From the NCBI RefSeq assembly GCF_009914755.1, contig NC_060933.1: a DNA stretch of 64,000 nt; one strand, given 5' to 3'. The stretch's first letter is position 1; each line of letters starts with the position of its first letter. Below, piece after piece: positions 40,412 through 56,802 of the stretch. Below the pieces are notes generated by a model that was given only the letters and a program-made list of their open reading frames with translations, did not search any database and was not told the DNA's origin. A program made the position numbers and the translations under genes. This DNA comes from the human T2T-CHM13v2.0 reference genome, Homo sapiens.

Positions 40412-41787
40412 GTATGGAAAGCACATTTGCTTTAAAATCTTCTCACACCAAGCCTGAGTCAGTGAAAAGAGGACTGGCTTTAGTACCTCACAGACTCGTG
40501 TTCAAACTCCAGTTCAGACATTTCTTTGTTGGGGGACCCGTGACTCATCATTTCATCTTTTCTTTATCTCAGCTAGTCCATCTGTAAAATGGGGTCACCA
40601 TCCTATTTCGCAGGGTTGCTGTGAGGATAAAAATGAATGTGTATTTAAAGGGCCAAACGCCCAGTAGAAAAAATATTACTCTGCTTTCCCTGGATGTAGT
40701 GCTCTTTCTTTCTTATCTTCCCACAAAGGACATTGGTGACCCGGGGCTTCCTTCCTGCTACCATTCAGGGGATCCTTGTCATTGTGACTTGACACACATC
40801 TCTCGCTGTCTGTCTTTTATCTCTGTGAAATCTCCCCCTGCACCCCGCCTCTGCTTCTAGCCAAGGCTCATGGCAGCAAGGCATTTTTCCAGCCTTGGAC
40901 CACGCAGAGCAGAGACGATGAACAGCACACCAGAGGATGGCCACACAAAGATCCACAGCCAGACCTGCCTCCTCCCTGTCTGCTTTGAGGCTAGACATGA
41001 AAGGCCTTTTTAGAGAAATACAGGGAATTGTCATTACAGCCTTTCTTCTCTTGATAATGGTCCTGCCAGAATCAGAAGGAAAAAAAAAAACATGTTGATG
41101 TGCTATTTATTATGATATGTGGGCTGCAGGGTATATATAATCATGAAAATCATTCTCTGACTAAAACTGCTACTGTATTTGTGCCAGTTTAAATACTGTG
41201 TACTATCTAAGATTTTTCTATTGGTGGTCTCATAGAAAAATTATAGAATGTTAGCATTTTATGGAAACTCAATGCCATTTAATCCATCATTTTTTTTAAA
41301 AAGCCAGTATACACTAATTCAGTCTCTACTTGCACATCTCTACTGACAGTAAGCTCACTACCCTCTTCCTCCAAAGTTCTTTCTTTAGGATGTTGAGGGT
41401 GATAAATAATCACACCTTGTCTCCTCCTATTTTAAATCAATTACAAAAGAGACAGCAGAGTCAGCAGGGGATAATATATGAGCTTTCTTGCTGGTAAAAG
41501 GGGAAATGGAGTAGGCAAATTAGACATGAGACCAGAATGGGCTTTCTATGCCTCCTCAAGTCTAAGACCAGCTTACAAGTGAGAGGTAGATTTTCAGGGC
41601 AGCCTCCTATGTGCCCAGCCCCTTGGTGGTTGCCTCATACCCCACTTGGGCCCAGAGGGCACAGGAATGCAGCACTGTGCTGCCTTGTGAGCAAGTGGCA
41701 TGTGGCCACTTATCCCACCTGACATGCAGGGACCAACAGATGTCACATTCTCACCATCCACCAATGGGATAAATCATTCCTCTTCCT

Positions 41788-42090
41788 TTTTTTTTTTTTT
41801 GCGATGGAGTCTCGCTCTGTCACCCAGGGTGGAGTGCAGTGGTACAATCTCGACTCACTGCAACCTCTGCCTCCCAGGTTCAAGCGATTCTCCTGGAGAA
41901 TCAGCCTCAGCCTCCTGAGGAGCTGGGACTACAAGCGCATGCCACCACGCTTGGCTAATTTTTTGTATTTTTAGTAGAGATGGGGTTTCACCATGTTAGC
42001 CAGGATGGTCTCGATCTCCTGACCTGGCGATCCACCCACCTCAGCCTCCCAAAGTGCTGGAATTACAGGCGTGAGCCACCATGCCCGGCC
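41788..42090 (-). mobile_element. AluSc-like
   Basis: TTAGCCAGGATGGTCTCGATCTCCTGACC; TSD ATCAYTCCTCTTCCT. Confidence 0.95.
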
Positions 42091-42684
42091 ATCACTCCTC
42101 TTCCTAAAGTTTGGAGCCAGCAACAGGCTAGAGCCGGGCAGAAGCTTTTTCATCTAAACTTCGGAGACTTCCCGTTACGCGTGTCAGAGTAAGTAGCACA
42201 GTAAGGGAGGATGAAGTTCCACCTTCTGTGATTGTCTTACACCTTCCTTTATTGAGCCAAAATCTGCTTCCATTCCAATCCGTCCACTCTTCCCAGCTGG
42301 GCTCTCAGTTGCCATACAAGACAAGAAGTCAAAAACAATCAGCACCACCATGGGCTTCTTATCCCAGCAAAGCTCAGTTCAAATCCCAGCCCTTGCCACT
42401 GACTCATCACGTCTTCTTGGGCAAATTACTCTTCTTTTCTGAGTGTCCACTTCCTCATCTGTAAAATGCGGTGATGTTGGTCCCTCCTTCATGAGGGTTA
42501 TGCCAATTCACTGAGCTAACCTGTGTGAAGCATTTAGCCAGGCATATGGTAGTAATTTCATAACAGTGGTTGCCTGTGTTACTGCCACATGGAATTAGTA
42601 AAAACATCATAATTCAATACACAAAGAGTTTTGCCTACTCTGTGGGACTCCTCCTGGTGGCTGCTCTGAAAAATGCAGGAGGAA

Positions 42685-42987
42685 GGCCAGGCGCGGCGGC
42701 GGCTCAAGCCTGTAATCCCAGCCTTTGGGAGGCCAAGGCAAGCGGATGACTGAGGTCAGGGGTTCGAGACCAGCCTGGCCAACATGGTGAAATCCCATCT
42801 CTACTAAAAATACAAAAATTAGCCAGGCTTGGTGGTGTGCGCCTTTAATTCCAGCTATTCGGGAGGCTGAGCGAGGAGAATCGCTTGAACCCAGGAGGCG
42901 GAGTTTGCAGCAAGCCGAGATCGCGCGACTGCACTCCAGCCTGGGTGACAGAGTGAGACTCTGTCTTGATAAAAAAAAAAAGAAAAG
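42685..42987 (+). mobile_element. AluSx-like
   Basis: Full dimer, TSD-like AAAATGCAGGAGGAA / AAAAGCAAGAGGAA. Confidence 0.95.
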
Positions 42988-43262
42988 AAAAGCAAGAGGA
43001 AATACAGGACCCAAACTCCATCCTTTACCATCCACCTTGCTGGGGGAGGGGTCGCCAAAGAGAACCACAGCATGCATTCCTGTGCTCACGCACTGTCATT
43101 TGTAGAACATGTTAACTCATTTATCAAATGATTTTTTTTTAACTGTTCACTCTACTTCAAACTCTGCTAGGACCTGAAGCCACAGAGGTTAGATCTTCAC
43201 AGATTCTTACAGAACCCACAGACCTGGCAAAGACTCCAGTGTGTATCATATAGAATAGGCCT

Positions 43263-43659
<397 letters not shown>

Positions 43660-43800
43660 TTACTGAGGTATAACAAACAAATGAAAATTGTACTTATTTA
43701 TAGTGTACACTGTTACACTGTGATGTTTTGATGCATGTATACATTGTGAAATGATTACCACAATCAACCTAATTAACATATCCATCACCTCACATATTTA

Positions 43801-43840
<40 letters not shown>

Positions 43841-43870
43841 GAGAACATTTAAGATCTATTCTCTATTTTC

Positions 43871-44577
<707 letters not shown>

Positions 44578-45032
44578 ACTGATTCTCTATTTTCAAGTAT
44601 ATAATACATGGTGACTATATTAACTATAGGTACCATACAGATCTCCAGAATGTATTCATCCTGTCTAACTGAAAATTTGTGTCTTGCTATCAATATCTCC
44701 CCATTTTCCTCCACCTCCAGACCCTGGAAACCATCACTCAACTCTCTGCTTCTAGGAGTTTGACTTTTTTAGATTCCACATATAAGTGAGATCATATTTG
44801 TCTTTCTGTGTCTGGCCTATTTTGTTTAGCATAATGTCTTCCAGGTTTATACATGTTGTTGCAAATGACAGGATTGCCTTCTTTTTAAAGGCCGTTATAT
44901 ATATTTCACACTTTCACATTTTCTTTATCCATTCATCCATCATTGCTAGACACTTATGTTGATTCCATATCTTGGCTAGGAGTGGGAATTTGAACTGAGC
45001 TTTGAAAGCTAGCTAGAACTTGGAAGTGTGCT

Positions 45033-45500
45033 ATATCAGTTATTTATGCCACATATAGTGCTGTGCTGTGTAACAAGCCAGTCCAAAACTCAGTGGCTTA
45101 AAAAAAATAAGCATGTATCTTTGCTCATAAATCTGTACCTTGATTGGGTGGCTCCATTGATCTTGGCTGTCATTTTCATATGTCTTGATGTTGGCTGGCA
45201 GTCAGACAGTCTAGGATGGCCTTGACTGGGATGTTCCGAGTAACACAACACTTATCCACCTGCTTTTCAACCTCCAGCAGGATCATGTGGAGATGGTCTC
45301 CAGGGAATCACAGAGGAGCAAAAGTGACAGCAAGCTGCAGTGTGCAAGCATTTTTCAAGACTCTGCTTGTGTCACATTTGCTAATATCCTGTTGCCATCC
45401 AAAATTATGTGGCCAAGCCCAGCATCAAAAGAGAAGACCCTGCAAAGTTGCAGAGCACAGGGAAAGGAAAAGAATGTAGGCTGTCAATAAAATCAGTCTG
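45033..45500 (-). mobile_element. Old MLT1 (I/J-like) LTR
   Basis: TGTAACAAGCCAGTCCAAAACTCAGTGGCTTAAA...TCACATTTGCTAATATCC...TGGCCAAGCCCAG. Confidence 0.65.
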
Positions 45501-45718
45501 CACAGGAGGAATCAAGAGAACAGCCAGAGAAGGCTGAATGAGAAATGAGGGTAGGGAGAAAGAGCTCTTCTCTCCTATCTCAACCAGAGCACACATCAAC
45601 CAACATAATAGTGGCCATTTCCTGAGCATCAATAGTGTTCCAAGCATGGCGCCAGACACCCAGAAACATTATCTCATTTCAGCTACACAATACCCTACAA
45701 GTAAATATTCCCATTTCA

Positions 45719-46110
<392 letters not shown>

Positions 46111-46779
46111 AAACCTAGCCTGACAGACACAAAACTTCGGCCACCTCCCACTACCTTTCACACTACTAGGAATCAATGGGAAGATTAAAGATTGAACCCA
46201 GTTGTGAAGACTAAAAGCTTACCCTTTTTTCCACCTTTCATAGAGGCTTATCACCTTAATATCAAGCGTCGCTTTATTCCAGAGCTTGCTTTTCTCACCA
46301 CGACCACGATCGTCCCTGTACTCATTCCCTTCACTTAGGCATCCCTATTTGAGCTTAATTAGGTTTGCGCTAAGTTCATGAGTTTCTGTAAACTTAATGG
46401 GCTCTAAAGAGAAAATAGAGATCTTTCTCACCAGGTGTTTATCTCCTTCCCCAGTTGTCCCCATTGCACTTTCAGATTCATTTTAAGTTCCATCTGGTTA
46501 ATGGGTGCAGGTGAGATTGAGCAAGGAACTGCATACCCTCCCCACCATGCCCCCAACTTTGCCCCCACCCACAGCACACCCAGATGTTCCCTACTCCCCT
46601 GGCAAGAACACGGAAATGAAATGAGAGACTTTTAGAGACCAGCATAGGCCCCAAATGAGTCAAATCTATCTCAAAATATCTCACCCTAGATGTCTTCCCA
46701 GAGGGCAGGAAGAACACAATGTTTCTTGAGTAACTACTATGTGCTAAGCACTGCACCTACACTGCCAGTCATTCCATTA

Positions 46780-47015
46780 AGCAAGGTCATAGTGCCTGGG
46801 CTCTGGAGTCAGTTCACCTATCCAGGCTGCTCACGAAGGATGCCTCTGAGCCTCAGTTTTCTCATCTGAAGCTCAAGGTAAACATAGTATCCCCACCTCA
46901 AAAGTCACTGTGGGGATTAAATGCATTTATATTTGTAAAGCACTTAGAACAGTTTCTGGTTCAAGAGAGGACTCAATAAATGTCTGTCACCATTATTATG
47001 ACTATTATTTCTATT
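46780..47015 (+). mobile_element. MIR
   Basis: GGCTCTGGAGTCAG...GAGCCTCAGTTTTCTCATCTG...GTAAAGCACTTAGAACAGT...CTCAATAAATG. Confidence 0.85.
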
Positions 47016-47936
47016 ATCCTCACGACAATTCTGGAAAATGGGCATATGCCTCATTAAAAGCTAAGAAAATAAACCCTTAGAGGTAAAGAAATCACCCAAT
47101 GAGAAAAATAATCATTAACAATAAGGTTTGAACTTTCTCTGCCAGCGAAGTCCCTTCTCTGTCCACCATGTTACCACCCACCTCTCTCTCAATGGAATAG
47201 ACAAGCATAAAGGAAGTGGTATTTACTGGAACAAGCCAAATCCTCTCTAAGGCAAAGGCAGAAAAGAGCTCTCAGGAAGTGGCCAATGGAGGGCAGAGAT
47301 GCTGACAGTCTTTGCTCCCTTCTCCTTTATCCTCTGTCCCCAGGGAGGCCACTCAGTGCCCAATTTCAGGACATGTGAGTCCCCTTTCTCCTCAGTGTGA
47401 GCATGAATAAAACAGACCCCTAACCTGGGATGCTTTTCATAAGCAGAGGTGTAGCTAGTTCTTCCTGAGGCTCAGAGAAGTCTCTGTGGATAACGGACCA
47501 TTGGCATGGGCCTTTAAAGGATGAGGAAAGTTCACAGGAAAATGGGGAAGAACAGAGAGCCCCAAAGCAGCAAATGCAAAGGACCAGAAACATGAGAGTT
47601 TTCGGCTTATCCCCAAGTGGATAAAGAAACTGGCTAGTCCAGAGAGAAAATAAAATGATTAGGGCTGTAGAAATGGTGGGCAATTTTGAAGGGTTTCTAG
47701 TGCCAAGAAAAGGCATTTGGACTTCATTCTGCACACAGCAGGGAGCCATTTGGGATTTTTAAGCAGATAGGTGACATTATCACAGCTGGGATTTAGAAAG
47801 CTCAGTCCATGGAGATTGACTTGAGGAGGCTGATATTAAGAGGAAAATTAACTTTGGGGGCACCTCTTACAGCGGAGGTAACAAACCCAGTACTTCACAC
47901 CTGTGACCCCACTGAGCTTTCCCAATGATATTAGAA

Positions 47937-48163
47937 CAGGAGTGCACAAAGTATGGCCCGTGGGCCAAATGCTGCCTGCTGTCTGCTTTTGTAAATAATA
48001 ATTTTTAAAACTATACCCACCATCCATTTGTTTATATAGTGTCTATGATTACATTCATACTACAACAGCAGAGCTGAACAATTGCAACAAAGACTATCTG
48101 GCCTGTAAATCCTAAAATATTTATGAACTGGCCCTGTATGGAAAAAGTTTTTGCAATACCTTT
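47937..48163 (+). mobile_element. MER58A hAT-Charlie MITE
   Basis: TATGGCCCGTGGGCCAAATG...CCTAAAATATTTA...GAAAAAGTTTTTGC. Confidence 0.88.
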
Positions 48164-49039
48164 GTTAGAGGGAACTACTATCCCCATTCAATGCATGAGA
48201 AAACTGAGGCTTTCAGAGGGGAAGTGACTTGTCCAAGATCACACAGCTTAAAAGTAGAAGCAGTGAAATGGACGAGGAAGCCTGTAATGGTCCTAAGGTA
48301 AAACCAGGCAGGCATCCAGGATGCCTGACCCCTAATCTATTGCAACAGCCCATTTGGCAGCATGCTCTTCCTTCCCACACCACCCACCACTGCAGCCAGC
48401 CAGGAGGACTCAGGCGCCTCTTTGTCAGCCAGAGCCCTTGCTCTGGTCCCCAAACCAGCATCAAGCGACTAATTTAAAACTTAATGCTTCCACCATGTCC
48501 ACCCAGGCTGCCCCTTCTTCGGCTTATCACATCCTATTCAAATCCAAAATAAATTATTTCAGCTCTGCAGCCTTTGGATAAAGAAAAAAATGAAATTAAA
48601 AATAAAAAAGGAAGAAGGAGAAGCTTTGAAGGGACAGCCCGCCTCTGTCCCTCGCCCACAGTTCCAGGCCTCTTTCCTAAGCCCATACTGATAACCTCCA
48701 GGGGACACTGAGCCCTGGAGGCTGTGAGGACGGAACCACACATTTTTTAGACCCTAGGCTTTCCATAGGTGACAGAACATAGAGACACAAAGGTTTTAGG
48801 CAAGAAGTTGTACTATATCTCCCTCCAGTTAGACAGAAGTACTGGAGAATTCAGTGGGTCAGAATCCCATGTCTTTAGGGAATAGAATTGCTGGGGAGGG
48901 GAAGGGGCCATGCAGATTGACAATCATTCATTTATTCTTTAAGTATTTCTTATTCGCCTGCTATACATATGCCAGGTGCTGGGCTTTAACAGAGGAACCC
49001 CACTGTGTGCCCATTCTCATCAAACCACTGGGCCCACTG

Positions 49040-49460
49040 CATTTCACAATTTGCAAAGCCCTTTCTGCTATCTCCTAACTAAAGCCTCCAATAATTCTCT
49101 GAGGCAAGGCGGGGATAATATTATTAAAAGCCTCATTTTATAGATGAGGAAACTGAGACTCAAAGAGGTAAAATGACTTACCTAAAGCCACACAGTAGGT
49201 AGATAGCAGATCTTCTCAAATTTGTCTCACATCAGAGACACTGGCAGAATAATGTAGTGGTTTAAAGCCTGGCTAGGCTTACCTGGGTTCGCTGGTTGGG
49301 AAACTTCTTTTAACCTTGTTAAACCTCACTTTGCTCATCTCTGAGATGGGAAAAATAATGTCAATCTCATGAGGTCATTATGGGGGTTAAAGTAAACAAT
49401 TTTTTAAAGTTGGTGCAATGCCTGACACATGGAAAGTTTTCACTGAACAACTGCTTTGTC
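49040..49460. mobile_element. Two MIRs (minus then plus)
   Basis: CATTTTATAGATGAGGAAACTGAGACTC and CCTCACTTTGCTCATCTCTGAGATGGG. Confidence 0.75.
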
Positions 49461-51784
49461 TGCTTTTGATGATGCTATTGTTGTTGGATGAGAATGATAG
49501 GAGGGTGAAGGGGAGGAAGAAGAGGAGGGGGAAGAGGGAGAGGGGAAGGGAAAAGACAATGATGGTTATTTGGCACCACAGCCTGACTGCAAATGGTCTT
49601 TTCGCACAGCCCTTACTCCCACTAAGTTAAAAAAATAAAATAAAAAAAGACACAGGTACACAGGTTGTGGTCTTGGCTATACCATGGACTTATTCCACGA
49701 ACTTGGACAAACCCTCCCACCTCCCTAGTTTTCCCACCGCAAGTGAGGGAGATGGACAAGAAAATCTCCATGACCCCTTCCCCTCATTCCTGGTCAACTT
49801 GCTGTGAATTTAAGTGTCGATAACTAAGAGAGGAGAGACCCGGGCTCCAGATGGAAGAGGACCAGAGAGGAGGCTTGGGCAAGGCAGATGCCTTGTAAAC
49901 TGAATGCCTCCACTGCCAGTAAAAGAGACACTCCCCTCTGGGAAGTCTCAGGGAAGCCTGGTGGTTTCTCTTCTGCATTCTCTGATTCAAGAGGGATGGT
50001 TGTCAATAGGGAAAGCTGGAGAGACAAATCCAAATGTGCTGCAAGTGTCCTCAGCATCTTACAGTAACTTCAGGAGTTTAACAGCCAATGAGCATCCTTG
50101 GGAGATTTGTTTGAGGGGATCACTAGAATTTCAGGAGATTTTTCAGGAGCACACATGGTAGAAGCTGGCTTATGGGACCCCAGCGGCAGCCAAGGATGTC
50201 TTCTCCACTCTGGCTCTTGCTTTGGGCTGCTGTGATCTTCACTCCCACATGGGTGGGCCAGGGTCAGAGGCCTCTGCACTCAGATAGGAAAATTCAGGTG
50301 GAAAGAATGCCTAAGACACACCTATGGGCTTTTGCCATTGCAGCCTGTCTGGGGAGGTGTGCAGACGGAAACCAAGACTCCATGCAAGGTTGATATCCAG
50401 CAGTTACATAATGAGGATAAGAGGTCAAATGCATTCACCTCTCCAGCCTCACTTTCCTTATGCCTTAGGTGCTCAGCTCTGCTCCTGGTGCATATTAATT
50501 GGTCCCTAAGTTGTGGCTTTTGCATTATTTCATTTCCCAACTCCCTCAGGATGCCCTGAAAGTCCTGGGAGGAATCCTTCTTCTGAAGATATGCCCTCAG
50601 GATGGGCCCTCCCCACAGCCCGATGTCCAAGCAGAATAGCCAGCTCCTCCTCTCAGGGGAACGATGGGCATGACTGAGGCCTCCTGGCTGGGTAAATCCC
50701 GGCTGCCTCCAGCTTTGCCTCTGTGGATTGTAGAAATGAAAAAAGGCCTTTTGGAGTCCGACCACCCAGGGTTAGATCTCACCCCTGTTCTGTATGACTT
50801 TGAGCAAGTTCATGAAACTCTCCGAAGCTCAGTCCCCTCCTCTGCACAATGGAGATAACAAACCCCACAAAACAGGCTTTTTGTAAGGATTGAAAACCAC
50901 AGGTTGGTTAGTTGTTGGCGGGGGTTTTGTTTCTATTTTTAACTTTCTGCTTGCTTATCATGTGCGAGGCAGTATGCCAAAGGATCAAATGTATTCACTC
51001 ATTTAATCCCTGCCTCACCTCATGAGGGAGATCCCTTTGTCTTTGTTTTACATGGCAAGATTACTGAGGCCCTGTGGGAACCAGTGACTTGCCCTGGGTC
51101 ACTTGGCTAGGGAGGGACATGTCAAGCCCAGCTTTGGAAACAAACCTCAGCTCAGACACTCTGCTCTAGCTTTCTGCTTGAACGTACTTTCTTCATGCCA
51201 GGCCTGAAATTGTAGGGATTATCACTGCCTTACAACCAGGGCCTCTGGAGCCCAGAGAGGTGAAGGGCCAACTTAGAACCACACGACACAACTCCCGTGT
51301 GTCCCTGCTGGAGGCGGAGCCGTCTGGCTGACCCCAGTGCCTGGGCTCAGCCATGACCTCCACCTGCCTCTCCTTGTAATGCTCGGTTATTTGGAAAGTA
51401 AAAAAGAAAAAACTTCACTGAATGTTTAGCAGAGATGAAACTGATTGAAGACATGGCCTTGGCATTAGATTATGGATCCAGCAGGGCTGGCGGTCCCCTC
51501 CTCCCCCTGCCACACTCTGGCCTCCTTGCCTGCCTCTGAGCCAGCCTCTGACAGTTTGTCAGGAAAGTCTTTTCTGCACTGGGGGCGACTTGCTAATGGG
51601 CTGATTCTGCAGCTGGTGTGACCAAAAAGACAGTGAGGAAGCACCTCAACTCAACCTCCAAACCTCTACCAGGAACTTTCACCCTAGGCCAGGCATGGGC
51701 TGGGCCCTCCAGTAGGGGATGAGGTGGAGGTCTGGGTGACCTTCTCTCACCTGTACCATTTTGCAATTGGCACTCTCACATAAG

Positions 51785-51970
51785 GGAGGCAGCCTGGTAT
51801 TGGCAACGGACCTAAGCTTAAGCTCTAAGAGGCCCAAATCTAATCCCAACTTTGACACTTTACTAGCTGTGTAACCTTAGGCAAGTGGCTTGCCTTCTCT
51901 AAGCTTTGGTTTTCTCCTCTGTAATGCAAGACTAATCATGGTACCTACCATATAAGGCTCTTACAAAACA
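51785..51970 (+). mobile_element. MIR
   Basis: TACTAGCTGTGTAACCTTAGGCAAGT...GTACCTACC. Confidence 0.8.
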
Positions 51971-52046
51971 CAAGTGGGTTTATGAACAAAGATTTGAGTT
52001 TGATTTCAGGCATCTTGAGTCTAGTTGGTTGGTAGAGATGTAGAGA

Positions 52047-52351
<305 letters not shown>

Positions 52352-52358
52352 GCAATTA

Positions 52359-52676
<318 letters not shown>

Positions 52677-53719
52677 TGGTAGCTCTGAAGGAAATTGAGA
52701 GAGGGAAATGAGGCAAATTGATGGGTGATGTCCTCGGCTTTCCTTTCTGATGGCCAAGACATTGGCCTCTGACTGTGGCCAAATGCAGGGAAGGAGGAAA
52801 GAAGCTGCGTACAAGTAAGGAGCCGGCTTTCACTAGATGCTTACTCTGAGCTGAGCATTCTGTGGAAGGTACTATTGGACACTCAATCCCCTCAGCAGCC
52901 ATAGGAAGCAGGTTTAATCATCTCCATTTTGCAAATGAGGCAAGTAAACATCAGCAAAGAGGAGCGTTCTGCTGAGACGACATCATTAGACCATAACACC
53001 ATGGTTCAAACCCAAGTCTACCCGACTCTAAATCCTAGCCTTCTCCACACTCTGTCTCATGACCTTTTGGGCCACCAAGCCAGCTGTCTTCAGGACCCCA
53101 GGGTGGGAACCCAATTCTGAGGCAGATACCTGCTGTCTTGGATGCCTGCAGACAGGCCAGGAAAGGGGTGTTCAGGGTGGAGGTGAGGACAAAGGGGCCA
53201 GGCAGGAAAGAGAAAGGGGCTCCTGTTGCCTAAAGAGGAGAGGGGAAAAGGGACAGTCAGTGAATGTAACCTTTAGAGACCCATGGGAAGGGGGCCAGCA
53301 AACTGAGTCTCTTCCCCTCTCTGAGCCTCATGTTCCTCTTCTTACACCAGGTGTTCACAATAGCTGTCTCATCAGCATTAAATGAGTTGGTGCCCGGTGC
53401 TCTGCACAGAGCCTAGTAGACAGACGGCACTCAGTCATTGTCAGCTGTCCTCCATGGCAGCATGCCATCACTGCCTCCGTGAGAGCACTCCCCTCAAGGA
53501 GCTGTGTGTGTGCAGTGCGTAGGAGTCTGAGCATTGTGTGTGAGCGTGGGACGCCATTGCCCTCACGTGTGTTGAGGTGAATGTGTCATCTACCCTCACA
53601 ATGCCTGAGGGCAAAAAAGAAAAAGTACAAGGGGGACTAGGAAGAGAAAAGGGAAAGTTGAGAGAGTGACAGGAAAAGAAATGGAAAACATCCGCCAACT
53701 CTTTGCGCCTCTCTGCCTG

Positions 53720-53985
53720 ACCCTGTGTGTGTGTGTTCATGTGTTTGTCTTTCTCGCCCCACCCTTTTCTATTTCTTTGTCTTTGAATCTCTCTCCCTGT
53801 CTCTTCTTCCTGTTTGTCTCTTTCTCTATGTCTCTTTGTCTCTCCATCTCTCTCTCACCCTCCTGCCCTCTTTCTTTCTGTCTCTCTCTTACTATTTTTC
53901 TGTCTCTCTGTCTCTATGTCTGTCTCCATCTCTGTCTCTCTCTCCTCCCCACCACCCTCTCTCTCACACACACACACACACACTC
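53720..53985. repeat. Pyrimidine-rich (CT/TG) low-complexity tract ending in (CA)n
   Basis: TCTC/TGTC repeats followed by CACACA. Confidence 0.9.
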
Positions 53986-55621
53986 ACCTTCACATCCACC
54001 CAGCACACAGTCTCCTTTGTACACCCAAGTGCACAGCCCTCATGCTTACAGGCACAGTCTCTTAAACACTCCTTGATTTCTCCAAATATTCACACTCTTG
54101 CCCCAGATATCACCAAACCCACACATCACTCAATTACCTGACCACTTTGGGAGCACTGGTCTATCTACACCCCATCATTCTCTTGCACCACACATAATGG
54201 AGCACCTGCAGGGGCTCAGGTGCCATGCTGGGAGGACAGCAGTGATGGAGCTCACAGTCTGCTCATATGAAAACAGGGAGCACTTCTTCTCGGCCCCTGA
54301 TGTTTCCTCCCGGTGATAAGGGTGCAATTAGTGTAACTCCTGGCTTCTCTATTCCTTGTCTCTGTCTGCCCAGGGGACCTGCAGAGACTCTTGATAGCTG
54401 ATTTGTGAATTGGAGAAGAGACACTGAGCACACTCATATCAGCTCAGATCAGCTCAGCCTTCCTTCTTGAGAACAAGCTTAAGCTGAGAGTGCAGTTCTC
54501 CTGTGCACCTTCTTGCCCAAAATCCTGCCTGAGTGGGCTGCCATGTTGAAAGGCATGTCCCCCGCGCCACCATTGAGTTGCCTCTGAGACCCCAACAACA
54601 TACACATCCATCCATCCATCCAAACAATTTATGCCCCTCCACCACCTTACAAACACACATATCTCCTTTGTCATCTAAAACCTACTGTCATGAACAATCC
54701 ATCCCACTTATTTAGCCTCATGCCGATACATACGTCTGCCAACCTCCATGCACCCAAGCCCACACACCTCTCTCTACATTCCCTTCCCTACCTACCTTCC
54801 CATGCCCTCCCCAACAAGCCTATCCCCCTTGGAGCTCACTGCAAGTCATCCTTCTGCCAGTGCAGTCAAAACCAGGTCATGTCACAAAGCAATTTTGCCC
54901 AACCCTCGAGATTTTTTACTCTGCTCACAGATAACTAACAGGACCATCTTCCCAGCTAATCGGGAAAGAAATCTGGTGGGTTCAATTGCTGCTGATATGC
55001 ATTTAAATGGCTGCGTCTAAGAAGGAAATCTAAATGAGAGCTGAAGGGAGGCTGGGACACTGGGGGAAATCATGCTGTAATAACTGTGTGAGGCGAAGCA
55101 AATCAACAGAAAGCTGTACACTCGCTTGGGGAGAGAGAGAAGACTACTGTAACGTGTGTGCTCAGAAACTTATTGGAATCTTTGCACTTTTAATATAATG
55201 GCATTAGTGTCACGGTTTTTTATGTATAACTTCACCCGCCACATGTAATAAATGAAGCACTGTTTCCCAGTGCGTACAATGCTTGGATGTGGGTACAGGG
55301 AGAGGCTATGTGCTCAATGATCTCTTTCTGAATCTGAGTGATAGCATGCAGCCCTGAAGTGCAGAGCCAGACTGCACTTGAAGGCAGAACAGATCTAGTT
55401 CAAAGCCTGACCCTGCACTTACACACTAGGTGACCTTGGGTCAATTACTTAAGTCTGGAAATGTCCATGTCCTCATCGGTAAAATTGAGACAATGACACA
55501 TACACCCCAGGGCTGAACTAAGGATTTAATAAGTTATATAAAAACACTCAGCTAATAATGTACACTTTATTTAATAAATGTCATTATTAGGCTTGGGTTT
55601 GGATCCTGCCTCCAATATTTA

Positions 55622-55969
<348 letters not shown>

Positions 55970-56564
55970 TCAGTTTCCTCATTGTAAGATGGAGATAACA
56001 GTTTTTTTCTCAATGAATGCATGCAAAGTGCTCAGAACAGCATCTACACTTTGCACATGCTTGATTCATGTTCATTTTCATCATAATCACCACCATCATA
56101 AGTCAAAGGTGCTGAAGTTTATTGAGCATCTAATATATGGTGCCTGAGGGATAGAAGAAAGGGAACTGTTGATTCAATTCTGCATCTCATTCATTAGGCA
56201 ATCCTAACCATAATTCAACCTTTGAGAGTTAAAATGGAATCTTGCCTCAGTAGTGTCACCTCCTCCTCTAGGCATGGCATGACCTCAGAACCAAAGGTAC
56301 ACTGGTCTTGCATTGGACTTAAGACACACAGTGTGCATCAGGAAAGTATCTAGGAAAAATCCTTCTAGGCAGAAGGAACAGCAGCGCAAAGGTCACAGGA
56401 AGGAAGAGAAAAGCATTTCTTTGCATCTGGAATGTAATACATAGGCAGGAAGCAGCAGCAGATGAGGCAGAGGCAAGCAAGAGGCCAGATCACAAATGGT
56501 CTTAGAGGCAGTCCTCAGGAATGGAAACCCATGGCGGGTGAATTGAGGGGAGAAGTGTTGGTAC

Positions 56565-56795
56565 CTAATTTACATTTTTTATTGATACATAATATTTGTA
56601 GAAATGTATGGGACACATTTGATACTTTGATACATGTATAGAATGTGTAATGATCAAATCAGAGTATTTAGGATATCCATCACCTCTAACATTTATCATT
56701 TCTTTGTTTTGAGGGCATTTCAAATCTTCTTTTCTAGCTATTTTTAAATATACAGTACATCGTTGTTAACTGCAGCCATCCTACTGTGCTGTTGA
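56565..56795 (-). mobile_element. L1MA 3' end
   Basis: AATGTGTAATGATCAAATCAGAGTATTTAGGATATCCATCACCTC. Confidence 0.85.
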
Positions 56796-56802
56796 ATCCT
56801 GG

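Noticed and set aside
42607-43089. 160-aa ORF and similar ORFs containing LSPRLECSG or AGVQWHDL
   Set aside because: These are translations of Alu sequence.
50172-50393. ORF with a signal-peptide-like N-terminus (MSSPLWLLLWAAVIF)
   Set aside because: Short, no recognisable homology and no supporting gene structure.
53666-54141. S/L/C-rich ORFs of 136-138 aa
   Set aside because: They arise from the stop-free CT/CA low-complexity tract.
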